Below, piece by piece: positions 39,708 to 47,296 of a stretch of 64,000 bases of DNA. Origin of the DNA: Candidatus Flemingiibacterium sp. (lineage in GTDB: Bacteria; Bacillota; Clostridia; Oscillospirales; CAG-272); NCBI GenBank assembly GCA_045636145.1, contig JAZTWV010000015.1:1586-65585 (forward strand), given 5' to 3'. A program made the translations under genes and the position numbers. Every line of letters starts with the position of its first letter. Position 1 is the stretch's first letter. The notes under the pieces were generated by a model. It saw only the letters and a program-made list of their open reading frames with translations. It was not told where the DNA came from and searched no databases.

Positions 39708-40406
39708 ATGCGCAACTATCGTGAATTTCTTCGTATGCTTTCCCGTGAACCGGGCAAACCAACCCTGTTTGAGCCTTATCCGTCACAGCATCTGGTGTCT
39801 CAGATCATTTGGCGTGCAGGAGGCAATCTGTGGGATGATGTTGAAAGTACGGTATCTACACTGATATCCTTTTATGATAATATCGGTTCTGATACAGTCA
39901 TTGTAGAAGCTGACAATAATAGTATTGACCGGATTCTCGCAATGGGTAAAGAGCTTCCGAGCGGACTTAAGTTTACAATACTTTCCGACGATACAGGGGC
40001 ACTTGCCGCGGCAGACCGTCACGATTCTGTATGCGCTCTTGCCACAAAGAATCCTACGGTCTATGCCAAGGATTATACCAAACCCATAATTTTTATCGCA
40101 GGACGTGATGTAATTTTAGGAATTGAAAATTCCATTGAGCGCGGACTTGCAGGCGTATATATAACTGAGAATATAGAGCTGCTTTGGAAGCGTTATAACG
40201 ATAAAATAGCACTGCTCGGAGGAATTTCCGACAGCATAATATCCTCAGCACCTGCCAGAATCTATGAACGCATACGCGCAGTTCATGAAATGACAAACGG
40301 AAGAGCTTGTTCTATTGGCACAGGCCTTCACGGTATTGATGCCGATTATCTCGGCTTTATTTCCATGCTGTATATGTATAATACTCTCTCCGAGAATAAA
40401 AAATAA
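39708..40406 (+). CDS. Hypothetical protein (weak resemblance to the uroporphyrinogen-decarboxylase/MtaA fold N-terminus)
   Basis: It is tightly packed, 2 nt after the upstream stop. Only the REFLRMLSREPGKPTLFEP segment resembles URO-D family N-termini. Coding is likely but function is unknown. Confidence 0.5.
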   Translation: MRNYREFLRMLSREPGKPTLFEPYPSQHLVSQIIWRAGGNLWDDVESTVSTLISFYDNIGSDTVIVEADNNSIDRILAMGKELPSGLKFTILSDDTGALAAADRHDSVCALATKNPTVYAKDYTKPIIFIAGRDVILGIENSIERGLAGVYITENIELLWKRYNDKIALLGGISDSIISSAPARIYERIRAVHEMTNGRACSIGTGLHGIDADYLGFISMLYMYNTLSENKK

Positions 40407-40427
40407 TTTGAAAGGAAACTGCATATA

Positions 40428-40682
40428 ATGAAAAAGACATTAACTTATACTACAAAAGGCACCTGCTCCCGCCAGATAGAGCTTTCTGTTGACGATGACA
40501 GAGTTGAAAGCGTAAAGTTTATCGGGGGCTGTGCAGGAAATACACAGGGCGTTGCGGCACTTGTTGAAGGAATGCTCATAGACGATGCAATTGAGCGCCT
40601 TAAGGGCATAAAGTGCGGCTTTAAGCCCACATCCTGCCCCGATCAGTTAGCGTGTGCGCTTGAGGAGATCAAGGAGCAGTAA
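40428..40682 (+). CDS. TSCPD-domain four-Cys protein (TIGR03905-like)
   Basis: 84 aa with motifs GTCS, GGCAGN and IKCGFKPTSCPDQLA. Confidence 0.8.
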   Translation: MKKTLTYTTKGTCSRQIELSVDDDRVESVKFIGGCAGNTQGVAALVEGMLIDDAIERLKGIKCGFKPTSCPDQLACALEEIKEQ

Positions 40683-40753
40683 TATCTAGCCCATGTGCGG
40701 TACATAATGCCCCACACAGCAAGCAAAATCTTTCCCTAAGAATGGAGTATACT

Positions 40754-42472
40754 ATGAACTACAAAGAAAACTATGAGCGCTGGCTCACATCGGACAAGGT
40801 AGACGACGCAACAAAAAAGGAGCTTGCGGCAATTGCAGGCAATGATGAGGAGATAAAGCTCCGTTTTATAAAATCGCTGGAATTCGGCACTGCCGGACTT
40901 CGCGGCACTATGATGGCAGGCACTAATGCCATGAACGTATACACCGTAGCACAGGCCACCCAGGGACTTTCGGACCTTATAAATCAGCTTGGCAAAGCCG
41001 ACCGCGGTGTGGCTATTGCCTATGATTCCAGAAACAATTCCGAGCTTTACGCAAAAACAGCCGCAAGTGTTCTTGCGGCAAACGGTATTATCGCTCATAT
41101 TTTCGACAGTCTGCGTCCTACCCCTGTTCTTTCATTCGCAGTACGCGAGCTTCACACAATCGCCGGAATCAATATTACCGCTTCCCACAATCCAAAGCAG
41201 TATAACGGCTACAAGGCGTATTGGGAGGATGGAGCACAGCTTCCGCCGGATCATGCGGCGACTGTCTCCAAATCTATTGCTGAAGCGGATATTTTCGATG
41301 ATGTAAAGACCACTGATTTTGACAAGGCTGTTGCCGACGGTATCATAAAGTATATTCCAGCTTCCGTTGACGAAGCATATATAGAGAATGTTATTGCCGA
41401 AGCAGTGAATCCCGGCATTATCAAGCAGGTTGCGGACACACTTGAGATAGTATACACTCCGCTCCACGGTGCAGGCTACAAAATGGTGCCGGAGGTGCTC
41501 CGCCGCGTGGGACTTAAGCACATTGACGTCGTGGACGAACAGATGGTGCTTGACGGCAACTTCCCCACGGTGGCATATCCCAATCCAGAGGTTCCGGAGA
41601 TATTTGAGCTTGGCATAAAGCTTGCGGAGAAGGTGCACAGCGATCTCATTATCGCAACCGACCCCGATTCCGACAGAGTTGGAATCATGTCACGCGACAA
41701 ATCCGGTAAATTTGTCCGCCTGACGGGTAATCAGGTAGGTGCGCTTCTTCTTGACTATATAATCACAGCTTATGAAGAAAAAGGAATGCCGGAAAACCCC
41801 TATGCCATCAAAACCATCGTTACAACCGATATGGTAACGAAAATATGCTCCGACCACAACATTAAGCTTCACAATGTGCTCACCGGTTTTAAATTTATCG
41901 GCGAGGTTATAAAGCAGTATGAGAAAACCGGTCATGACAACTATATCTTCGGATTTGAGGAAAGCTACGGCTACCTTAAGGGCACTTATGCACGCGATAA
42001 AGATGCGGTGGTTGCATCCATGCTCCTCTGCGAAATGGCGGCATACTACAGCACCAAGGGAATGACCCTCTGCGATGCTATGCAGGGCTTGTATGACCGT
42101 TACGGTTACTACGATGAGGGCGTTGCTAACATCTATATGGACGGTCTTGACGGAATTGAGCGCATGAAAAAGCTTATGAACGACCTGCGAGAAACGCCCC
42201 CCACAGAGCTTGCCGGCAGACGTATTGTTGAGCGCCGCGACTATTTAAACGATACTGTTCTTGATGTTGACACAGGCAAGATAACATCAACCGGACTTCC
42301 CTCGTCCAATGTGCTCTACTATGTCACCGAATGCGGCGACGTTATAGTTATACGCCCGTCCGGCACAGAGCCCAAAATCAAGATTTATATTCTCGCCCAT
42401 GACGAAAGTCTTGAAGCTGTCAAAAAGAAAATTGACGAATACAAAAAAGTCACCGACACATGGGTTGATTAA
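40754..42472 (+). CDS. Phosphoglucomutase / phosphomannomutase family phospho-sugar mutase
   Basis: The active-site motif is TASHNPKQYNGYK. The ATG at 40754 lies 6 nt after GGAG. Confidence 0.9.
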   Translation: MNYKENYERWLTSDKVDDATKKELAAIAGNDEEIKLRFIKSLEFGTAGLRGTMMAGTNAMNVYTVAQATQGLSDLINQLGKADRGVAIAYDSRNNSELYAKTAASVLAANGIIAHIFDSLRPTPVLSFAVRELHTIAGINITASHNPKQYNGYKAYWEDGAQLPPDHAATVSKSIAEADIFDDVKTTDFDKAVADGIIKYIPASVDEAYIENVIAEAVNPGIIKQVADTLEIVYTPLHGAGYKMVPEVLRRVGLKHIDVVDEQMVLDGNFPTVAYPNPEVPEIFELGIKLAEKVHSDLIIATDPDSDRVGIMSRDKSGKFVRLTGNQVGALLLDYIITAYEEKGMPENPYAIKTIVTTDMVTKICSDHNIKLHNVLTGFKFIGEVIKQYEKTGHDNYIFGFEESYGYLKGTYARDKDAVVASMLLCEMAAYYSTKGMTLCDAMQGLYDRYGYYDEGVANIYMDGLDGIERMKKLMNDLRETPPTELAGRRIVERRDYLNDTVLDVDTGKITSTGLPSSNVLYYVTECGDVIVIRPSGTEPKIKIYILAHDESLEAVKKKIDEYKKVTDTWVD

Positions 42473-42478
42473 AAGCGG

Positions 42479-42514
42479 TACTGCCGCACGTTTGACGTGC
42501 GGCAGTATTTTTTA
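42479..42514. terminator. Bidirectional terminator
   Basis: TACTGCCGCACG-TTTGA-CGTGCGGCAGTA is followed by TTTTTTATTTTT. Confidence 0.85.
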
Positions 42515-42517
42515 TTT

Positions 42518-42787
42518 TTACATGGAATCAGAAAACAGGTCACTTAATGTGCAGGAGAGCGCTTTCGTTAAAGCTATTATGTCTATGTCGGTTACAAAGC
42601 GTTTTCCAGCCTCGATTCGCTGTACAGCATTTTTATCAACATCAAGTCCTATAAGCTGCAGTCGGTCAGCCAATTCGCGTTGGGATATCTTCATCTGCTT
42701 GCGCAGTCGCGAAACATTTGCTCCACAAATATTATTAAGTCCCTCTTTTGTTTTATTGATAAACATATAATTCCCCATTTTTGACAT
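42518..42787 (-). CDS. XRE-family helix-turn-helix transcriptional regulator
   Basis: The motifs are ICGANVSRLRKQMKISQRELADRL and VQRIEAG. Confidence 0.8.
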   Translation of the reverse strand: MSKMGNYMFINKTKEGLNNICGANVSRLRKQMKISQRELADRLQLIGLDVDKNAVQRIEAGKRFVTDIDIIALTKALSCTLSDLFSDSM

Positions 42788-42884
42788 TCAGTGCTTGACA
42801 ACAAGGATATTATATGCTATAATAATTACAGAAATGACACTCAGTGAATGTCATTTTAGCAAAACTACAGCGGAGGGATATAAA

Positions 42885-43307
42885 ATGTCTAACGAAAACC
42901 AGCAAATCACTACAGAAACAACATCAGCGCCGCAGGAAAACACTAAATTCTGCAAGCATTGCGGTGCAAAAATTCCGAGTGAAGCTATTTTGTGCACTTC
43001 ATGCGGACGCCAGGTGGAGGAACTTAAACAAACTCAGTCTGCTCAGCCCACAATTGTTATAAACAACGAAAATAACAATGTTAACTCAAATACAAACATT
43101 AACGGTGCTATGGGTATGCGCCGCCCCAAAAACAAATGGGTATCTCTGCTATTATGTATTTTTATCGGTTTCTTCGGTGCTCACAAATTTTATGAAGGCA
43201 GAATTGGCGCGGGTATCCTCTACTTGTTTACAGGAGGGCTATTTGTAATCGGCGTAATAATAGACTTTATTGTACTGCTCTTTAAGCCTAATCCGTATTA
43301 TGTATAA
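42885..43307 (+). CDS. Zinc-ribbon plus TM2-domain membrane protein
   Basis: GGAGGG lies 7 nt upstream of the ATG at 42885. The zinc ribbon is CKHCG..CTSCG and the TM2 motif is GFFGAHKFYEG. Confidence 0.8.
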   Translation: MSNENQQITTETTSAPQENTKFCKHCGAKIPSEAILCTSCGRQVEELKQTQSAQPTIVINNENNNVNSNTNINGAMGMRRPKNKWVSLLLCIFIGFFGAHKFYEGRIGAGILYLFTGGLFVIGVIIDFIVLLFKPNPYYV

Positions 43308-43350
43308 TCTTGCATACTTAATTCAGCAATAATTACAACACTGACACGCA

Positions 43351-43387
43351 AAAAACAGTCTTTGTCCAAAGGACAAAGACTGTTTTT
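43351..43387. terminator. Bidirectional terminator (TM2 gene and tRNA operon)
   Basis: AAAAACAGTCTTTGTCC-AAA-GGACAAAGACTGTTTTT. Confidence 0.85.
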
Positions 43388-43391
43388 CTTA

Positions 43392-43469
43392 TGGGGTGAA
43401 TGAAGGGGGTCGAACCCTCGACCTCCAGGGCCACAACCTGGCGCTCTAACCAACTGAGCTACATCCACC
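43392..43469 (-). tRNA. tRNA-His (anticodon GTG)
   Basis: A cloverleaf was folded by hand. It has an encoded G-1 opposite C73, the anticodon loop TTGTGGC and an encoded CCA. Confidence 0.9.
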
Positions 43470-43538
43470 ATCTCTTGGCAGACGTACTGCGAAGCAATAC
43501 GCTGCTGTTATGTGAACCCGAATAGAAAATTCGGGATT

Positions 43539-43615
43539 TGGCGTACCTGGAGGGACTCGAACCCCCGACCTACTGCTTAGAAGGCAGTTGCTCTATCCAG
43601 CTGAGCTACAGGTAC
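43539..43615 (-). tRNA. tRNA-Arg (anticodon TCT)
   Basis: The acceptor stem is GTACCTG/CAGGTAC, the anticodon loop is CTTCTAA and the CCA is encoded. Confidence 0.9.
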
Positions 43616-43641
43616 ATAGCCGCAATCAATTAACATACAAT

Positions 43642-43670
43642 ATTATACACTACCGCATCACATTTGTCAA
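43642..43670 (-). promoter_or_regulatory. Consensus sigma-A promoter of the tRNA-Arg/tRNA-His operon
   Basis: On the minus strand: TTGACA, 17 nt, TATAAT, ending about 25 nt before the tRNA-Arg 5' end. Confidence 0.75.
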
Positions 43671-43733
43671 TAGGTTTTTGAAATTTTTAAGAAAATTCTG
43701 ATATAGTGTTACAATAGATATGAGACTAAAAGT

Positions 43734-43817
43734 AAAAAAAGAATAGAAAAAGTGATTGAGTTCTGTTAAAATAGAATTACCCCTAACTCATTCCAACAGA
43801 AAGGCCCCAATCACTTC
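43734..43817 (-). ncRNA. Candidate small RNA or long rod-hairpin terminator
   Basis: A minus-strand promoter TTACAA-17-TATAAT (43825-43853) is followed by a hairpin closed by AAGTGATTG/CAATCACTT, with inner CTGTT/AACAG and GGAAT/ATTCT pairs. TTTTCTATTCTTTTTTT follows. Confidence 0.3.
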
Positions 43818-43924
43818 ATGAAACATTATACCACAAAAGTAATTATTTTGTAATACACTCCCGGAAATTATATAAAGAGCTATTGCACTAAGCCCTAATT
43901 ATATTTACAAGCAGGTATCAAGCC

Positions 43925-44098
43925 TTATTTGCCTGTGCTGCTACTGCACCCGGTACATCCCACACAGTCACATCCGCATCCGCAGGAATGTCCCTTTTTC
44001 TTCTCACGCCGCAGATATACGATAACAGCCGCAAGAATGCAGGTAATTACAAGCGAGATAACTATTGTAGCTATATTTCCAATAAACCATTCTAACAT
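43925..44098 (-). CDS. FeoB-associated Cys-rich small membrane protein
   Basis: One TM helix is followed by the tail HSCGCGCDCVGCTGC. GGGAGG lies 10 nt before the ATG at 44098. Confidence 0.75.
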   Translation of the reverse strand: MLEWFIGNIATIVISLVITCILAAVIVYLRREKKKGHSCGCGCDCVGCTGCSSSTGK

Positions 44099-44136
44099 AA
44101 TTTGTAAACCTCCCACTTACGGATATAGCCCTATCA

Positions 44137-46272
44137 TCACCGTTTTACAGAATCCTTGCCCCGGCGCACAAGCATATATATCATATATGCAGCAACGATA
44201 AGTGCCGCTGCAAGTCCTGCCGGGTTTATACTGCCGGAAAATACTCTGCCTATCTGATATATTATCAGGGACACCGCATATGCGAAAATACACTGATATC
44301 CTATTGCAAAGGCAGTCCATTTCCCGCTGTTCATCTCGCGTCTGATAGCACCCATTGCCGCAAAACAGGGCGCACAGAGGAGATTGAACACAAGGAACGA
44401 ATATGCGGCAATTACCGACGGGAATCCCACCGTGGGATCGGCAAGATGTCCCCAGATTTCGGCACCGTCACCTGCAACCTCAGCAAATCCGTAAAGCAGT
44501 CCCAGTGTGGCAACAATATTTTCCTTTGCGATAAGTCCGGTAATAACCGCAACCGCCGCCTGCCAGAATCCGAATCCCAGCGGAATGAACAGAACCGCCA
44601 GAGGCTTTCCGATAGCCGCAAGCAGTGAATTGTTAAGGTCTGCCACCAAACCGAAGCTGCCACTCTCAAAACCAAATTCCTGCAAGAACCACAGTATCAC
44701 TGCTGAAAGGAGAATAACCGTTCCTGCTTTTTTGATGAATGACCAGCCGCGCTCCCACATGGAGCGGAGAACATTTGTAACCGTTGGCATATGATACGGC
44801 GGAAGTTCCATTACAAAGGGAGCAGGATCACCTGCAAAAAGCCTTGTCTTTTTAAGGATAAGACCGGAAACCACAACGGCAAATATTCCTATAAAATATG
44901 CGCTGGGTGCCACCCACCAAACTCCATCGAACATCGCGCCTGCAATAAGAGCAATAACCGGGAGCTTTGCACTGCACGGAATAAATGTAGTAGTCATAAC
45001 AGTCATGCGGCGGTCACGCTCATTTTCAATTGTGCGGGATGCCATAATACCTGGAACGCCGCATCCTGTTCCAATAAGAAGCGGAATAAAAGATTTACCC
45101 GAGAGACCGAATTTGCGAAAAAGTCTGTCCATGACAAACGCAATACGCGCCATATAGCCGCACGCCTCAAGAAAAGCAAGAAAAATGAACAGCACAAGCA
45201 TCTGGGGTACAAATCCAAGCACTGCACCAACACCGCCGATAATACCGTCAAGTATCAGCCCCTGAAGCCATTCTGCACAGTTTACGGAAATAAGAAAACC
45301 TTCAACAGCAGGCGGTATGATCTCGCCGAACAGAACATCGTTGGTCCAATCTGTAACCCATGCACCGACCGTCGTAACAGACACATAGTATACAATAAAC
45401 ATTATAAGCGCAAAAATAGGCAGTGCAAGGAATCGGTTTGTCATAATGCGGTCAATCTTATCAGATGTAGTAAGCTTGCCCACATTTTTCCTCTTACAGC
45501 ACTTCTCCACAATGCGGGTTATGTAAACATAACGCTCATTTGTAATAATGGATTCCGCATCATCATCAAGCTCGCTCTCAGCGGCAGAGATATCTTTCTC
45601 AATATGAGCCATAACATCCTTCGGGATATTAAGCTTCTCTATTACCTTGTCATCGCGCTCAAATATCTTTATTGCATACCAACGCTGCTGATCTGCCGGC
45701 ATATCGTGGATGCAAGCTTCCTCGATATGAGCCACCGCGTGCTCCACAGCTCCCGAAAAAATATGCTGAGGTGTGATCTTGCCGTTTTTAGCCGCCTCAA
45801 TTGCGGCTTCAGCCGCTTCGTCAATACCGGTGCCTTTAAGAGCGGATATTTCCACCACCTTACAGCCAAGAGCTTTGGAAAGCGCCGCAAAGTCTATTTT
45901 GTCGCCTTTTTTATTAACGACATCCATCATATTGACAGCAATTACCACAGGCACGCCAAGCTCAGTAAGCTGTGTTGTAAGATAGAGATTACGCTCAAGA
46001 TTTGTACCGTCGATAATATTAAGAATAGCATCGGGACGCTCATCAATAAGATAATTTCTCGCCACCACTTCTTCAAGCGTATAGGGAGAGAGAGAATATA
46101 TACCCGGAAGATCGGTAACTATCACTCCGTCATATTTCTTTAATTTTCCCTCTTTTTTCTCAACGGTAACTCCTGGCCAATTGCCTACAAACTGATTTGA
46201 GCCTGTCAGTGCATTGAAAAGTGTCGTCTTACCGCTGTTTGGATTGCCGGCAATGGCAATTTTTAAGTTCAT
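44137..46272 (-). CDS. feoB: Ferrous iron transporter FeoB
   Basis: The N-terminal G domain carries GNPNSGKTTLFN, followed by a polytopic permease domain. An RBS precedes the ATG at 46272. Confidence 0.95.
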   Translation of the reverse strand: MNLKIAIAGNPNSGKTTLFNALTGSNQFVGNWPGVTVEKKEGKLKKYDGVIVTDLPGIYSLSPYTLEEVVARNYLIDERPDAILNIIDGTNLERNLYLTTQLTELGVPVVIAVNMMDVVNKKGDKIDFAALSKALGCKVVEISALKGTGIDEAAEAAIEAAKNGKITPQHIFSGAVEHAVAHIEEACIHDMPADQQRWYAIKIFERDDKVIEKLNIPKDVMAHIEKDISAAESELDDDAESIITNERYVYITRIVEKCCKRKNVGKLTTSDKIDRIMTNRFLALPIFALIMFIVYYVSVTTVGAWVTDWTNDVLFGEIIPPAVEGFLISVNCAEWLQGLILDGIIGGVGAVLGFVPQMLVLFIFLAFLEACGYMARIAFVMDRLFRKFGLSGKSFIPLLIGTGCGVPGIMASRTIENERDRRMTVMTTTFIPCSAKLPVIALIAGAMFDGVWWVAPSAYFIGIFAVVVSGLILKKTRLFAGDPAPFVMELPPYHMPTVTNVLRSMWERGWSFIKKAGTVILLSAVILWFLQEFGFESGSFGLVADLNNSLLAAIGKPLAVLFIPLGFGFWQAAVAVITGLIAKENIVATLGLLYGFAEVAGDGAEIWGHLADPTVGFPSVIAAYSFLVFNLLCAPCFAAMGAIRREMNSGKWTAFAIGYQCIFAYAVSLIIYQIGRVFSGSINPAGLAAALIVAAYMIYMLVRRGKDSVKR

Positions 46273-46368
46273 AATGGAATGTCCTTTCCTAGTAATCAGT
46301 TTTCGCCGCCGCAATTAGCCTATGCTAACCGCGTATCATTTTTTTACCGGGAGAACGCTCTCCCGGCA

Positions 46369-46596
46369 CTAATCAGCTTCTATTTCCACCATATCAGCAT
46401 CCGCTTTGCGAAGCGACAGCTCATATCCGCGAACAGTAAGCTCCATGGGATCTCCAAGAGGTGCGACCTTGCGCACTGTAACCTCAACACCTTTGGTAAT
46501 TCCCATATCCATAATACGGCGTCTGATCGCTCCTTCGCCGTGTACCTTCACAACTCTGACCGTTTTACCGATCCTGGTATCCTTTAAAGTCTTCAT
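46369..46596 (-). CDS. feoA: Ferrous iron transport protein FeoA
   Basis: 75 aa. The SH3-like FeoA pattern is RRRIMDMGITKG and GDPMEL. Confidence 0.9.
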   Translation of the reverse strand: MKTLKDTRIGKTVRVVKVHGEGAIRRRIMDMGITKGVEVTVRKVAPLGDPMELTVRGYELSLRKADADMVEIEAD

Positions 46597-46632
46597 ACAG
46601 TTCCCCCGAACAAATTACACGTATACCGTGCA

Positions 46633-46648
46633 GTTAGTCTAAGCTAAC
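46633..46648. promoter_or_regulatory. Candidate metalloregulator operator overlapping the feoA transcription start
   Basis: The palindrome GTTAG-N6-CTAAC lies immediately downstream of the feoA -10 hexamer. Confidence 0.4.
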
Positions 46649-46656
46649 TACATTAA

Positions 46657-46685
46657 ATTATATACCATGTAAGCTAAAAAGTCAA
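46657..46685 (-). promoter_or_regulatory. Sigma-A type promoter of feoAB
   Basis: On the minus strand: TTGACT, 17 nt, TATAAT. Confidence 0.65.
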
Positions 46686-46798
46686 TAGTTTCTTTGGCGA
46701 TTTTTTCATTTTCGTCAAAACACCTAGCGGTTAGCGGCGTCTAACTTTGGTGTTGTGTACATTGTACAACCGCTAAATAGCGAAATACAGACAAATGC

Positions 46799-46827
46799 TT
46801 GAAAAATTCATATTTATATGATACAAT
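46799..46827 (+). promoter_or_regulatory. Candidate promoter of the DtxR-family gene
   Basis: TTGAAA, 17 nt, TACAAT. Confidence 0.5.
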
Positions 46828-46861
46828 GTACATATACATCCGAATTGCAGGAGGTGTTTTC

Positions 46862-47236
46862 GTGCGACTTCAGGAATCGGGAGAAATGTATCTCGAAAGC
46901 ATATATATACTCTCAAAGGGCAATAAAAATGTACACTCCATTGATGTTGGAGAATATTTAGGCTATTCAAAGCCCAGCGTCAGCCGTGCAATGAGTCTTT
47001 TGAAGACCGGCGGCTACATAAAAATGGCGGCGGACGGCACGCTCACGCTTACAGAGCTTGGACGTGAGATCGCCGAAAAAATATACGAGCGTCACACCGT
47101 GCTTACAGCAATGCTGTTATCCTTCGGGGTGGATGAAGTGACCGCCGCGGAGGATGCGTGCCGGCTTGAGCACGCCATCAGTGACAAATCCCTTGAAGCT
47201 GTAAAGCGATATCTAAAAGACAGCGGAAAAATCTGA
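46862..47236 (+). CDS. DtxR/MntR-family metal-dependent transcriptional repressor
   Basis: The GTG at 46862 lies 7 nt after GGAGG. The wHTH is GEMYLESIYIL...VGEYLGYSKPSVSRAM, followed by a dimerisation domain. Confidence 0.85.
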   Translation: MRLQESGEMYLESIYILSKGNKNVHSIDVGEYLGYSKPSVSRAMSLLKTGGYIKMAADGTLTLTELGREIAEKIYERHTVLTAMLLSFGVDEVTAAEDACRLEHAISDKSLEAVKRYLKDSGKI

Positions 47237-47246
47237 ATAATTAAAT

Positions 47247-47282
47247 GGGACACAGTACGGCTATCTGCCAATCCTGTGTCCC
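47247..47282. terminator. Hairpin between the DtxR-family gene and the SulP gene
   Basis: GGGACACAG-N18-CTGTGTCCC is followed by a T-rich run. The loop is large. Confidence 0.5.
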
Positions 47283-47296
47283 TAATTTTATTTATT

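Noticed and set aside
44791-46143. 450-aa ORF on the plus strand, antisense to feoB
   Set aside because: Its composition is low-complexity and rich in Cys, Asn, Lys and His. It has no RBS and lies entirely inside the strongly supported feoB gene, so it is a typical shadow ORF.
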